Shown here: in pieces, positions 1 to 15,749 of the stretch
How positions within the stretch are numbered: the first letter of the stretch is position 1
How the letters are laid out: each line of letters begins with the position of its first letter
Assembly: GCF_045037415.1 (NCBI RefSeq)
Contig: NZ_CP173438.1
DNA from: Escherichia coli
GTDB taxonomy: Bacteria; Pseudomonadota; Gammaproteobacteria; Enterobacterales; Enterobacteriaceae
Length of the DNA: 64,000 nucleotides
Direction: 5' to 3' (one strand)
Notes under the pieces: model-generated
Seen by the model: the letters and a program-made list of their open reading frames with translations, nothing else
What the model was told of the DNA's origin: nothing
Database searches by the model: none
Program-made: the position numbers and the translations under genes

Positions 1-3920
<3,920 letters not shown>

Positions 3921-3921
3921 G

Positions 3922-4021
<100 letters not shown>

Positions 4022-4025
4022 TTGA

Positions 4026-4370
<345 letters not shown>

Positions 4371-4411
4371 AAAGATCGGATGGCGACGTCGTATCGCCAT
4401 CCGATTTGATA

Positions 4412-5926
<1,515 letters not shown>

Positions 5927-6132
5927 CTAACATTTGCTGTTATTTTGCACGGTTTTTGTCGGGTATGGATTTGATGATTGCTGCGCAAATGCACGCTTTC
6001 AGGGCAATAATTGCCTGATTTTTGGGCAAGATAATTAACGTTTTCGTATAGTAACAGAGTGAAAGTATTTTAAATCAAGGAATTAGATTTGTGCTTTAAT
6101 CGCAAATTGCGATCTAAATCAAATTAATTGGT

Positions 6133-6160
6133 TAAAGATAACCGCAGCGGGGCCGACATA
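6133..6160 (+). promoter_or_regulatory. Candidate sigma-28 (FliA) promoter for aer
   Basis: TAAAGATA-N11-GCCGACAT matches the flagellar class 3 consensus TAAAGTTT-N11-GCCGATAA, about 50 nt upstream of the aer ATG. Confidence 0.55.
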
Positions 6161-6208
6161 AACTCTGACAAGAAGTTAACAACCATATAACCTGCACAGG
6201 ACGCGAAC

Positions 6209-7729
6209 ATGTCTTCTCATCCGTATGTCACCCAGCAAAATACCCCGCTGGCGGACGACACCACTCTGATGTCCACTACCGATCTGCAAAGCTATATCAC
6301 TCATGCTAATGACACTTTTGTGCAGGTGAGCGGCTATACCTTGCAGGAGTTACAGGGGCAACCGCACAACATGGTGCGTCACCCGGATATGCCAAAAGCG
6401 GCGTTTGCGGATATGTGGTTCACCCTGAAAAAAGGGGAACCCTGGAGCGGCATCGTGAAAAATCGCCGCAAAAATGGCGACCATTATTGGGTGCGGGCCA
6501 ATGCGGTACCGATGGTGCGCGAGGGAAAAATCAGTGGCTATATGTCGATTCGTACCCGGGCGACGGATGAAGAGATCGCGGCGGTGGAGCCGCTGTACAA
6601 AGCGCTGAATGCCGGACGTACCGGTAAGCGTATTCATAAAGGCCTGGTGGTGCGTAAAGGCTGGCTGGGTAAACTGCCTTCATTACCGCTTCGCTGGCGG
6701 GCGCGTGGAGTGATGACCCTGATGTTTATCGTGCTGGCGGCCATGCTCTGGTTTGTTGCTGCCCCGGTGGTGACGTATATCTTCTGTGCATTAGTGATGT
6801 TGTTGGGAAATGCCTGTTTTGAATGGCAAATTGTACGTCCGATAGAAAATGTCGCCAGCCAGGCACTGAAAGTGGCGACCGGAGAACGTAATAGTGTTGA
6901 GCATCTGAAGCGCAGCGATGAGCTGGGGCTGACATTACGCGCGGTAGGGCAGCTTGGCCTGATGTGCCGTTGGCTAATTAATGATGTCTCAAGCCAGGTG
7001 TCCAGTGTCAGAAACGGCAGTGAGACGCTGGCGAAAGGCACCGATGAACTGAACGAACATACCCAGCAGACAGTTGATAACGTTCAGCAAACGGTGGCGA
7101 CCATGAACCAAATGGCGGCGTCGGTGAAACAGAACTCTGCCACGGCGTCGGCTGCCGATAAACTTTCTATCACCGCCAGTAATGCGGCAGTGCAGGGCGG
7201 GGAGGCGATGACTACGGTGATCAAGACAATGGACGATATTGCCGACAGTACCCAGCGCATTGGCACCATTACTTCGCTGATTAACGATATTGCGTTTCAG
7301 ACCAATATTCTGGCCCTGAATGCGGCGGTGGAAGCGGCGCGTGCCGGCGAACAGGGCAAAGGTTTTGCAGTGGTGGCGGGGGAAGTGCGTCATTTAGCCA
7401 GCCGCAGCGCCAATGCTGCCAACGATATTCGCAAGCTGATTGATGCCAGTGCTGATAAGGTGCAATCTGGTTCGCAGCAGGTACACGCCGCCGGACGGAC
7501 GATGGAAGATATTGTGGCGCAGGTAAAAAACGTCACCCAGTTGATAGCTCAGATTAGCCATTCAACGCTGGAACAGGCCGATGGGCTTTCCAGCCTGACC
7601 CGTGCAGTGGATGAGCTTAACCTGATCACCCAGAAAAACGCCGAGTTAGTGGAAGAGAGTGCGCAGGCGTCGGCGATGGTGAAACACCGCGCCAGCCGAC
7701 TGGAAGACGCGGTGACGGTGCTGCATTAA
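6209..7729 (+). CDS. aer: Aerotaxis receptor (PAS-FAD sensor fused to MCP signalling domain)
   Basis: 506 aa ORF; N-terminal PAS region, central hydrophobic hairpin, C-terminal methyl-accepting domain ([26 protein letters not shown]). Confidence 0.92.
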   Translation: MSSHPYVTQQNTPLADDTTLMSTTDLQSYITHANDTFVQVSGYTLQELQGQPHNMVRHPDMPKAAFADMWFTLKKGEPWSGIVKNRRKNGDHYWVRANAVPMVREGKISGYMSIRTRATDEEIAAVEPLYKALNAGRTGKRIHKGLVVRKGWLGKLPSLPLRWRARGVMTLMFIVLAAMLWFVAAPVVTYIFCALVMLLGNACFEWQIVRPIENVASQALKVATGERNSVEHLKRSDELGLTLRAVGQLGLMCRWLINDVSSQVSSVRNGSETLAKGTDELNEHTQQTVDNVQQTVATMNQMAASVKQNSATASAADKLSITASNAAVQGGEAMTTVIKTMDDIADSTQRIGTITSLINDIAFQTNILALNAAVEAARAGEQGKGFAVVAGEVRHLASRSANAANDIRKLIDASADKVQSGSQQVHAAGRTMEDIVAQVKNVTQLIAQISHSTLEQADGLSSLTRAVDELNLITQKNAELVEESAQASAMVKHRASRLEDAVTVLH

Positions 7730-7734
7730 TCGGT

Positions 7735-7832
7735 ATGCCGGATCCGGCGGTTGGAGCACAATGCCTGATGCGATGCTGGCGCATCTTATCAGGCCTACGG
7801 GGTGTGTAGGGTACGCCGCATCCGGCAATCGG
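7735..7832. repeat. REP/BIME cluster (two inverted REP units) downstream of aer
   Basis: GCCTGATGCGATGCTGGCGCATCTTATCAGGCCTAC and GTAGGGTACGCCGCATCCGGCA palindromic units typical of enterobacterial REP elements. Confidence 0.7.
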
Positions 7833-7835
7833 TGA

Positions 7836-8459
7836 TTAATCCAGTTGGGTAATATCAAAAGCGGCGCGGTCGATCACCGCAATGATCTTTTTTATTTGTG
7901 CATCAGTGATATCGCTCTGGTTGACGCATAAATCCAGCACCGCTTTAAAATTATCCAGCGCCCGCTTCATTTGCGGGTTCTGGCGCAGCGCAGCGCCAAC
8001 GCAACGCGCTTTGATGCGTTCTTCAATCATCTCTACCTGTTCGCGGTTTTCTTCCAGCCACTGCGCGCCTTGTTCGGTCAGCGCAATCTGCTTCTTACCA
8101 CCTTCCTCTTCGCGGATGGTAATCAGCGACTGCTCCTGCAGAAAATCCAGCGTCGGGTAGATGACGCCCGGGCTTGGGGTGTAATTCCCCTGGGTCAGAT
8201 TTTCAATCGCTTTAATCAACTCGTAACCGTGGCTGTCATCGCGCGAGAGAATATCCAGAATCACCAGACGCAATTCACCGTGACCAAAGAAACGTTGCCG
8301 ACGACCGCCGCCGCGACCGTGGCGACCACCGCAGCATTGACCGTGTTCATGCTGGTGACCGTGTCCGCAGTGCTCGTGTTCTGACTTCTCACCTTTGCAG
8401 CAGCCCTCATGGCGTGGCTGGCCTTCATGTTTACAACACCCTTCGTGATGATGGCTCAT
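7836..8459 (-). CDS. yqjI: PadR-family metal-responsive repressor with His/Cys-rich N-terminal tail
   Basis: 207 aa ORF beginning MSHHHEGCCKHEGQPRHEGCCKGEKSEHEHCGHGHQHEHGQCCGG followed by a PadR-like winged helix region; divergent from yqjH. Confidence 0.85.
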   Translation of the reverse strand: MSHHHEGCCKHEGQPRHEGCCKGEKSEHEHCGHGHQHEHGQCCGGRHGRGGGRRQRFFGHGELRLVILDILSRDDSHGYELIKAIENLTQGNYTPSPGVIYPTLDFLQEQSLITIREEEGGKKQIALTEQGAQWLEENREQVEMIEERIKARCVGAALRQNPQMKRALDNFKAVLDLCVNQSDITDAQIKKIIAVIDRAAFDITQLD

Positions 8460-8479
8460 ATCAGCCTCCTTTTGCTTAA

Positions 8480-8723
8480 TTAGATATATCTAATTTATAT
8501 CTGATATGAGCATTACTGCAAGTACAAAAATGATTTTTAAACGCAGGTTTACTCAACATGTAGGCCGGATAAGGCGTTCACGCCGCATCCGGCATTGAGC
8601 AATGATGCTTGATAAGAGGTTGCGCGTCTTATCAGACTACAGATATATCAGTGCTACAAATCACTTGCATTTATCATGATTAACAATCATTATCATTTGT
8701 GGAATTTATTTAGATATATCTGA
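8480..8723. promoter_or_regulatory. Divergent yqjI/yqjH control region: three AGATATATC operator-like motifs, embedded REP unit, Fur box
   Basis: Perfect palindrome TTAGATATATCTAA near 8480-8493, related copies near 8639-8650 and 8710-8723; Fur-box-like ATGATTAACAATCATTATCATT near 8676-8697; REP sequence GTAGGCCGGATAAGGCGTTCACGCCGCATCCGGCA near 8560-8594. Confidence 0.6.
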
Positions 8724-8746
8724 TTACCATCACGAAGGCGATAACA

Positions 8747-9511
8747 ATGAATAACACCCCCCGCTACCCACAGCGCGTTCGCAATGATCTGCGCTTCCGT
8801 GAACTGACTGTGCTACGCGTTGAGCGCATCAGCGCCGGTTTTCAGCGCATTGTCCTCGGCGGCGAGGCGCTGGACGGTTTTACATCGCGCGGCTTTGACG
8901 ATCACAGCAAACTCTTCTTTCCTCAACCTGACGCTCACTTTGTGCCGCCAACGGTAACGGAAGAGGGCATCGTCTGGCCGGAAGGATCACGCCCACCGTC
9001 GCGTGACTATACGCCGCTGTATGACGAACTACGCCATGAACTGGCGATTGATTTTTTTATTCACGACGGTGGGGTCGCCAGCGGCTGGGCGATGCAGGCG
9101 AAACCGGGCGATAAACTTACGGTGGCAGGTCCGCGCGGTTCGCTGGTGGTGCCGGAAGATTACGCGTATCAGCTGTATGTCTGCGATGAATCCGGAATGC
9201 CCGCACTGCGCCGCCGCCTGGAAACGTTGAGCAAACTTGCTGTTAAACCGCAAGTTAGTGCGCTGGTTAGCGTGCGGGATAACGCCTGTCAGGATTATCT
9301 CGCGCACCTTGATGGTTTTAATATCGAATGGCTGGCACATGATGAGCAGGCGGTAGATGCGCGTCTGGCGCAGATGCAAATCCCTGCCGATGATTACTTC
9401 ATCTGGATAACCGGCGAAGGCAAAGTCGTTAAGAATTTAAGCCGCCGCTTTGAAACGGAACAGTATGACCCACAGCGGGTACGTGCGGCGGCTTACTGGC
9501 ACGCAAAGTAA
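8747..9511 (+). CDS. yqjH: Siderophore-interacting protein / NADPH-dependent ferric-chelate reductase
   Basis: 254 aa ORF with FAD-binding and NAD(P)-binding ferredoxin-reductase-like halves; preceded by a Fur box. Confidence 0.85.
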   Translation: MNNTPRYPQRVRNDLRFRELTVLRVERISAGFQRIVLGGEALDGFTSRGFDDHSKLFFPQPDAHFVPPTVTEEGIVWPEGSRPPSRDYTPLYDELRHELAIDFFIHDGGVASGWAMQAKPGDKLTVAGPRGSLVVPEDYAYQLYVCDESGMPALRRRLETLSKLAVKPQVSALVSVRDNACQDYLAHLDGFNIEWLAHDEQAVDARLAQMQIPADDYFIWITGEGKVVKNLSRRFETEQYDPQRVRAAAYWHAK

Positions 9512-9529
9512 CGGATATATAAAAAGAAA

Positions 9530-9558
9530 AAGGCTGACGATTTCTCGTCAGCCTTTGC
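9530..9558. terminator. Bidirectional intrinsic terminator between yqjH and ileX
   Basis: GGCTGACGA-TTTCT-CGTCAGCC hairpin flanked by A-run and T-run. Confidence 0.6.
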
Positions 9559-9564
9559 TATGTC

Positions 9565-9640
9565 TGGTGGCCCCTGCTGGACTTGAACCAGCGACCAAGC
9601 GATTATGAGTCGCCTGCTCTAACCACTGAGCTAAGGGGCC
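9565..9640 (-). tRNA. ileX: tRNA-Ile2 (anticodon CAU, lysidine-modified) or elongator-type tRNA with CAU
   Basis: Reverse complement GGCCCCTTAGCTCAGTGGTTAGAGCAGGCGACTCATAATCGCTTGGTCGCTGGTTCAAGTCCAGCAGGGGCCACCA folds as a cloverleaf with 7-bp acceptor stem, CAT anticodon loop, TTCAAGT T-loop and encoded CCA. Confidence 0.9.
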
Positions 9641-9764
9641 ATGGTAGCGGATTATAAAGTAACTCCGTGTCGCAATCCAGCCATTACCGCGCGCCTGCTG
9701 TTTTTATAAACAATGTATTTTCAATCCGTTATACTTTTCCTGGTGATGTTAGAAAGGAGTAAAT

Positions 9765-10271
9765 ATGGTTGAGGATATTTTGGCTCCAGGGTTACGGGTC
9801 GTGTTTTGCGGTATCAACCCTGGTCTTTCATCCGCCGGGACTGGTTTTCCCTTTGCTCATCCGGCAAATCGCTTCTGGAAGGTGATATATCAGGCCGGGT
9901 TTACCGACCGTCAGTTGAAGCCGCAGGAGGCACAGCATCTGCTGGATTATCGTTGTGGCGTCACCAAACTGGTAGACCGTCCAACGGTGCAAGCCAATGA
10001 AGTTTCAAAGCAGGAGCTACACGCAGGCGGGCGTAAGCTGATTGAAAAAATTGAAGATTATCAGCCGCAGGCGTTGGCGATTCTGGGCAAACAAGCATAT
10101 GAACAGGGATTCAGCCAGCGCGGTGCACAGTGGGGGAAACAAACGCTCACCATTGGTTCGACGCAGATTTGGGTGCTGCCAAATCCCAGCGGTTTAAGTC
10201 GCGTTTCACTGGAGAAACTGGTTGAAGCGTATCGCGAGCTGGACCAGGCGCTGGTGGTGCGTGGGCGATAA
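9765..10271 (+). CDS. mug: G/U mismatch-specific uracil DNA glycosylase
   Basis: 168 aa [23 protein letters not shown]... with the UDG-family GINPG motif. Confidence 0.9.
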
Positions 10272-10347
10272 AAACGCCACCGAAAAGGTGGCGTTTGTGC
10301 GGAGGGACTAGTGCCGGGTGCGGCGTAACACCTGATCCGGCCTACCG
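10272..10347. terminator. Convergent terminator hairpin plus REP unit between mug and rpoD
   Basis: AAAACGCCACC-GAAAA-GGTGGCGTTT perfect hairpin followed by REP-like GTGCCGGGTGCGGCGTAACACCTGATCCGGCCTAC. Confidence 0.65.
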
Positions 10348-10348
10348 A

Positions 10349-12190
10349 TTAATCGTCCAGGAAGCTACGCAGCACTTCAGAACGGCTCGGGTGACGCAGT
10401 TTGCGCAGCGCCTTCGCTTCGATCTGACGGATACGTTCGCGGGTAACGTCGAACTGTTTACCCACTTCTTCCAGCGTGTGGTCGGTGTTCATATCGATAC
10501 CGAAACGCATACGCAGAACTTTCGCTTCACGCGCGGTCAGGCCAGCCAGCACGTCGTGCGTTGCCGCACGCAGGCTTTCGGTGGTCGCAGAATCCAGCGG
10601 CAGCTCGAGGGTGGTATCCTCGATGAAATCCCCCAGATGCGAATCTTCATCATCACCGATCGGCGTTTCCATGGAGATTGGCTCTTTGGCGATCTTCAGC
10701 ACTTTGCGGATCTTGTCTTCCGGCATCAGCATGCGTTCAGCCAGTTCTTCCGGCGTTGGTTCACGGCCCATCTCTTGCAGCATCTGGCGAGAAATACGGT
10801 TGAGCTTGTTGATAGTCTCAATCATATGCACCGGAATACGGATGGTGCGCGCCTGATCCGCGATAGAGCGGGTGATCGCCTGACGGATCCACCAGGTAGC
10901 GTAGGTGGAGAACTTGTAACCACGGCGGTATTCGAATTTATCAACCGCTTTCATCAGGCCGATGTTACCTTCCTGAATCAGGTCAAGGAACTGCAAGCCA
11001 CGGTTGGTGTATTTCTTGGCGATAGAAATAACCAGACGTAAGTTCGCTTCAACCATCTCTTTCTTCGCACGGCGGGCTTTCGCTTCACCGATGGACATAC
11101 GACGGTTGATATCTTTAACCTGCTCGATGGTCAGGCCGGTTTCTTCTTCAATCTGCTGCAGTTTCTGCAGGGCGCGATGCACTTCTTCAGAGACATCATG
11201 CAGTTTTTCCGACCACGGCTTGTTCATCGCAATTGCCGCGTTGAACCAGGTATCGCTGGTTTCGTTGCCGGTAAACAGGGTAATGAAGTTTTTCTTCGGC
11301 ATTTTGCACTGCTCAACGCAGAGCTTCATGATCAGACGTTCTTGCGTACGAACGCGGTCCATCATGACGCGCATGCTGTTGACCAGGTAGTCAAACTGCT
11401 TCGGCACCAGGCGGAACTGTTTGAATACTTCAGACAGTTTCAGGATCTCTTCCTGAGCGGCAGCGTGACTGCGGCCTTTCGCTTTGATGGTGTCACGCGT
11501 TACAATGTACTGAGCGCGCAGTTCCGCAAATTTTTCGCGAGCCAGTTCCGGGTCGATGCTGTTGTCATCATCGGCGGTATCGTCGTCACCATCTTCTTCG
11601 TCTTCATCTTCGTCATCGTCCAGATCTTCCTGGGAAAGCTCAGAACCGACGTGAGTGGCGGTAGGTGCCAGATCTTCTTCTGCGTTCGGGTCAACAAAGC
11701 CGGTGATCAGATCGGACAGACGCGCTTCTTCTGCTTCAACACGATCGTACTGTTCCAGCAGATAGGTGATCGCTTCCGGATATTCAGCAACGGAGCATTG
11801 AACCTGGTTGATCCCGTCTTCAATACGCTTAGCGATGTCAATTTCGCCTTCGCGGGTCAACAGTTCAACGGTGCCCATTTCACGCATGTACATGCGTACC
11901 GGGTCAGTCGTGCGCCCGATTTCAGATTCCACGCTGGAAAGCACCTGCGCGGCGGCTTCGGCAGCATCTTCGTCCGCGGTGTTTTCAGCCAGCATCAGAT
12001 CATCGGCATCCGGTGCTTCTTCCATCACCTGAATGCCCATGTCGTTGATCATTTGGATGATGTCTTCGATCTGATCTGAATCGACGATATCTTCCGGCAG
12101 ATGGTCATTGACCTCGGCATAGGTCAGATAGCCTTGCTCCTTACCACGGGTGACAAGAAGTTTCAGCTGTGACTGCGGGTTTTGCTCCAT
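10349..12190 (-). CDS. rpoD: RNA polymerase sigma-70 factor
   Basis: 613 aa ORF with acidic region 1.1 spacer ([14 protein letters not shown]), regions 2-4 and C-terminal HTH. Confidence 0.97.
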   Translation of the reverse strand: MEQNPQSQLKLLVTRGKEQGYLTYAEVNDHLPEDIVDSDQIEDIIQMINDMGIQVMEEAPDADDLMLAENTADEDAAEAAAQVLSSVESEIGRTTDPVRMYMREMGTVELLTREGEIDIAKRIEDGINQVQCSVAEYPEAITYLLEQYDRVEAEEARLSDLITGFVDPNAEEDLAPTATHVGSELSQEDLDDDEDEDEEDGDDDTADDDNSIDPELAREKFAELRAQYIVTRDTIKAKGRSHAAAQEEILKLSEVFKQFRLVPKQFDYLVNSMRVMMDRVRTQERLIMKLCVEQCKMPKKNFITLFTGNETSDTWFNAAIAMNKPWSEKLHDVSEEVHRALQKLQQIEEETGLTIEQVKDINRRMSIGEAKARRAKKEMVEANLRLVISIAKKYTNRGLQFLDLIQEGNIGLMKAVDKFEYRRGYKFSTYATWWIRQAITRSIADQARTIRIPVHMIETINKLNRISRQMLQEMGREPTPEELAERMLMPEDKIRKVLKIAKEPISMETPIGDDEDSHLGDFIEDTTLELPLDSATTESLRAATHDVLAGLTAREAKVLRMRFGIDMNTDHTLEEVGKQFDVTRERIRQIEAKALRKLRHPSRSEVLRSFLDD

Positions 12191-12384
12191 AAGACGGTAT
12201 CCACACTTATTTCATGAGGTTGGTGTTGGGCGATTGACCCGATGTCCTTCAGCCGTTAACGCTGAAATCCAACGGTTGTTTACCGCCAACGATAATTACG
12301 AGGGCGTACTTATATATTTGCCGCTGCCTCTCAGTGCGGCTGTCGGGGGCTTCCCGATCGCTCTTCGGCACTTAAGCCGTTAAA

Positions 12385-14130
12385 TCACTTTTTCGCCAGC
12401 TCCTGGTTTAATGTCCAGAGCTCCAGGCGTTCTTCGTTGCTTAAACCATGCGTGCGCTCACGAGCGATTAACTCTTCCTGGCGCAGTTCAAGCAGCGAAT
12501 CAAACATATGGTTGAGTGAGTCGGTGAAGGTTTGCTCAGCAATATTCTTATCTGCTATATCGTCCCACATCGACAGTTTTTCAAGGGTGGCAGCATTATT
12601 TGTACCACGATAGTGCTCTAAAAGTTGCCCGGTGGTCAGACCTGGCTGGGAGAGACAAGTGTTGACCAGTTCTCTGAATAAGCCAAGTCCAGGGAGCTTA
12701 TTTTCATCCAGATTCTCAAGCGGCGGGACCAACGTCGCTAATTCTGGATTTTGCACCAGCAACCCTATAAGTATACGCATGGTCGTGCGTTTTAGCTGCG
12801 GAACAGGGCGAGAAACGCCGCTCTCTGCCGCTTTTGGCATTAATCGTTCAAGCTGGCTGTCATCAAGTATGCCTAATTTGTTGCCTAATTCCTGACGAAG
12901 ATATATTCGCAGCGTTTCGCCCGGCACTTGCGATATCAGTGGCAGTGCCAGCGTACTCAAACGTGCGCGCCCGTCAGGGGTACTCAGATCAACTTGCGGC
13001 ATCAGACTGTTAAACAGAAATGCGGAGAGTGGCATCGCCTGCTCCATCCGCGCTTCAAACGCTTCTTTACCTTCTTTTCGTACCAGCGTGTCAGGGTCTT
13101 CGCCATCCGGCAAAAACATAAAGCGTAGCTGACGACCGTCTGTCATGTAAGGCAACGCCGTTTCCAGCGCTCGCCAGGCGGCATCGCGGCCTGCACGGTC
13201 GCCGTCATAACAGCAAATGACATTGTTGGTCGCGCGGAACAACAGTTGTATGTGATCGGCGGTGGTTGACGTACCTAACGACGCAACGGCGTAATTAATG
13301 CCGTATTGCGCCAGCGCCACCACGTCCATATAGCCTTCGACCACAAGCAGACGATTGGGTTCAGCGTTATCCTGCTGCGCTTCATAAAGACCGTAAAGCT
13401 GGCGGCCTTTATGGAAAATGTCCGTTTCCGGCGAGTTCAGGTATTTGGGGGTATCGTTGCCCAGCACGCGTCCGCCAAAACCAATCACCCGACCGCGTTT
13501 ATCACGAATGGGGAACATCACCCGCTCGCGGAAACGATCGTAACTGCGCCCCTGATCGTTAGTGACCAACATGCCCGCATCAATCAATGACTGGCGATTT
13601 TCTGGATTGCCGCCAAACCGCTTCAGGACGTTGTCCCAGCCGGGGGGCGCAAAACCAATCGCAAAGCGAGCGATAACCTCGTGGCTTAATCCGCGTTTTT
13701 CCAGATACTGGCGCGCAGACATGGCAACAGGTTGTTGTAAAGATTGTTGGTAAAACGTATTCAGACCGTCCATCAACTGATAAAGCGTTTGCCTCTGATG
13801 GCGCTCGATCTGGCTGGGGCCGCTGCCTGCTTCAAATGGCACTTCAAGATTGTGCATTGCTGCCAGCTCTTCGACCGTTTCGACGAACTCGAGCTTGTCG
13901 TAGTTCATCAGGAAGTCGATCGCGTTGCCGTGCGCGCCACATCCAAAGCAGTGGTAAAACTGTTTCTCACCGTTAACGGTGAATGACGGGGTTTTCTCGT
14001 TGTGGAATGGACAACACGCGTGGAAATTCTTGCCCTGCTTTTTCAGCTTCACACGGGCATCGATCAGATCGACGATGTCAGTGCGTGCCAGCAGATCATT
14101 AATGAATACGCGTGGGATTCGTCCAGCCAT
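12385..14130 (-). CDS. dnaG: DNA primase
   Basis: 581 aa ORF with N-terminal CHC2 zinc finger (CCPFHNEKTPSF...HCFGCGAHGN), TOPRIM core and C-terminal DnaB-interaction domain. Confidence 0.96.
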   Translation of the reverse strand: MAGRIPRVFINDLLARTDIVDLIDARVKLKKQGKNFHACCPFHNEKTPSFTVNGEKQFYHCFGCGAHGNAIDFLMNYDKLEFVETVEELAAMHNLEVPFEAGSGPSQIERHQRQTLYQLMDGLNTFYQQSLQQPVAMSARQYLEKRGLSHEVIARFAIGFAPPGWDNVLKRFGGNPENRQSLIDAGMLVTNDQGRSYDRFRERVMFPIRDKRGRVIGFGGRVLGNDTPKYLNSPETDIFHKGRQLYGLYEAQQDNAEPNRLLVVEGYMDVVALAQYGINYAVASLGTSTTADHIQLLFRATNNVICCYDGDRAGRDAAWRALETALPYMTDGRQLRFMFLPDGEDPDTLVRKEGKEAFEARMEQAMPLSAFLFNSLMPQVDLSTPDGRARLSTLALPLISQVPGETLRIYLRQELGNKLGILDDSQLERLMPKAAESGVSRPVPQLKRTTMRILIGLLVQNPELATLVPPLENLDENKLPGLGLFRELVNTCLSQPGLTTGQLLEHYRGTNNAATLEKLSMWDDIADKNIAEQTFTDSLNHMFDSLLELRQEELIARERTHGLSNEERLELWTLNQELAKK

Positions 14131-14240
14131 AGGCCCCGATTTTTAGCAATTCATAAACGAAAATAAGCCGCGCATTCCTTTCGGAAGCACGGCCTTACAA
14201 CTACAACTCGGTCTGATCGGAGAGCAACGCTCTCGGGGAA

Positions 14241-14495
<255 letters not shown>

Positions 14496-14693
14496 TCAAC
14501 GCCAGCTTATTTCAAAATGGTGCGGAATTTTACTGCAATTGCTGCTGCTTTGTAAAGCACCGCGGCCTTTTTTGAAAGGGACTTTTATAAGGGTGAGGAG
14601 TATACACGAGGCTTTCTCCAGGGGCGAACAAAGTTTTACATCAACCCGCATTGGTCCTACACTGCGCGGTAATAAAGCGAGGTAAAACAAGTC

Positions 14694-15707
14694 ATGCGTG
14701 TACTGGGTATTGAAACTTCCTGCGATGAAACCGGCATCGCCATTTACGACGATGAAAAAGGTTTGTTAGCCAACCAATTGTATAGTCAGGTGAAATTGCA
14801 CGCTGACTACGGCGGCGTCGTGCCTGAACTGGCCTCCCGCGATCACGTGCGTAAAACCGTACCGTTGATCCAGGAGGCGCTAAAGGAGTCTGGTTTAACG
14901 GCAAAAGACATTGATGCTGTGGCCTATACCGCAGGCCCAGGATTAGTCGGCGCACTGCTGGTTGGCGCGACCGTGGGGCGTTCTCTGGCGTTTGCCTGGG
15001 ACGTTCCGGCAATCCCGGTACATCATATGGAAGGACATCTGTTAGCGCCGATGCTGGAAGATAACCCACCGGAATTTCCGTTTGTCGCGCTGCTGGTTTC
15101 CGGCGGTCATACGCAGTTAATCAGCGTGACTGGCATTGGTCAGTACGAGCTGCTCGGCGAGTCTATCGATGATGCTGCTGGTGAAGCGTTTGATAAAACC
15201 GCGAAGCTGCTGGGGCTGGATTATCCTGGCGGACCGTTACTGTCTAAAATGGCGGCTCAGGGTACTGCCGGGCGCTTTGTTTTCCCGCGTCCGATGACCG
15301 ACCGTCCGGGGCTGGATTTCAGCTTTTCTGGTCTGAAAACCTTCGCGGCAAATACCATACGTGACAACGGCACTGACGATCAGACGCGTGCCGATATCGC
15401 CCGCGCCTTTGAAGATGCAGTGGTCGATACGTTGATGATTAAGTGTAAGCGAGCACTGGATCAGACGGGCTTTAAGCGACTGGTCATGGCAGGCGGCGTG
15501 AGTGCTAACCGCACGTTGCGGGCGAAACTGGCGGAAATGATGAAAAAACGCCGTGGCGAAGTGTTCTACGCGCGTCCGGAATTTTGTACGGATAACGGTG
15601 CGATGATCGCCTATGCCGGAATGGTGCGGTTTAAAGCAGGCGCGACGGCGGATCTCGGCGTGAGTGTGCGTCCGCGCTGGCCACTGGCAGAGTTACCGGC
15701 CGCGTAA
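14694..15707 (+). CDS. tsaD: tRNA N6-adenosine threonylcarbamoyltransferase
   Basis: 337 aa [23 protein letters not shown]... of the Kae1/TsaD family with metal-binding HxxGH motif. Confidence 0.95.
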
Positions 15708-15714
15708 AACTATT

Positions 15715-15745
15715 GGGTGCCGGAGAGCAATTTCCGGCACCGTCC
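15715..15745. terminator. Bidirectional terminator between convergent tsaD and ttdT
   Basis: GGTGCCGGA-GAGCAATTT-CCGGCACC hairpin. Confidence 0.6.
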
Positions 15746-15749
15746 TCAC

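Noticed and set aside
10295-12079. ORFs of 248, 300, 128 and 126 aa on the + strand
   Set aside because: All lie antisense to rpoD; they are artefacts of the acidic/repetitive rpoD coding sequence.
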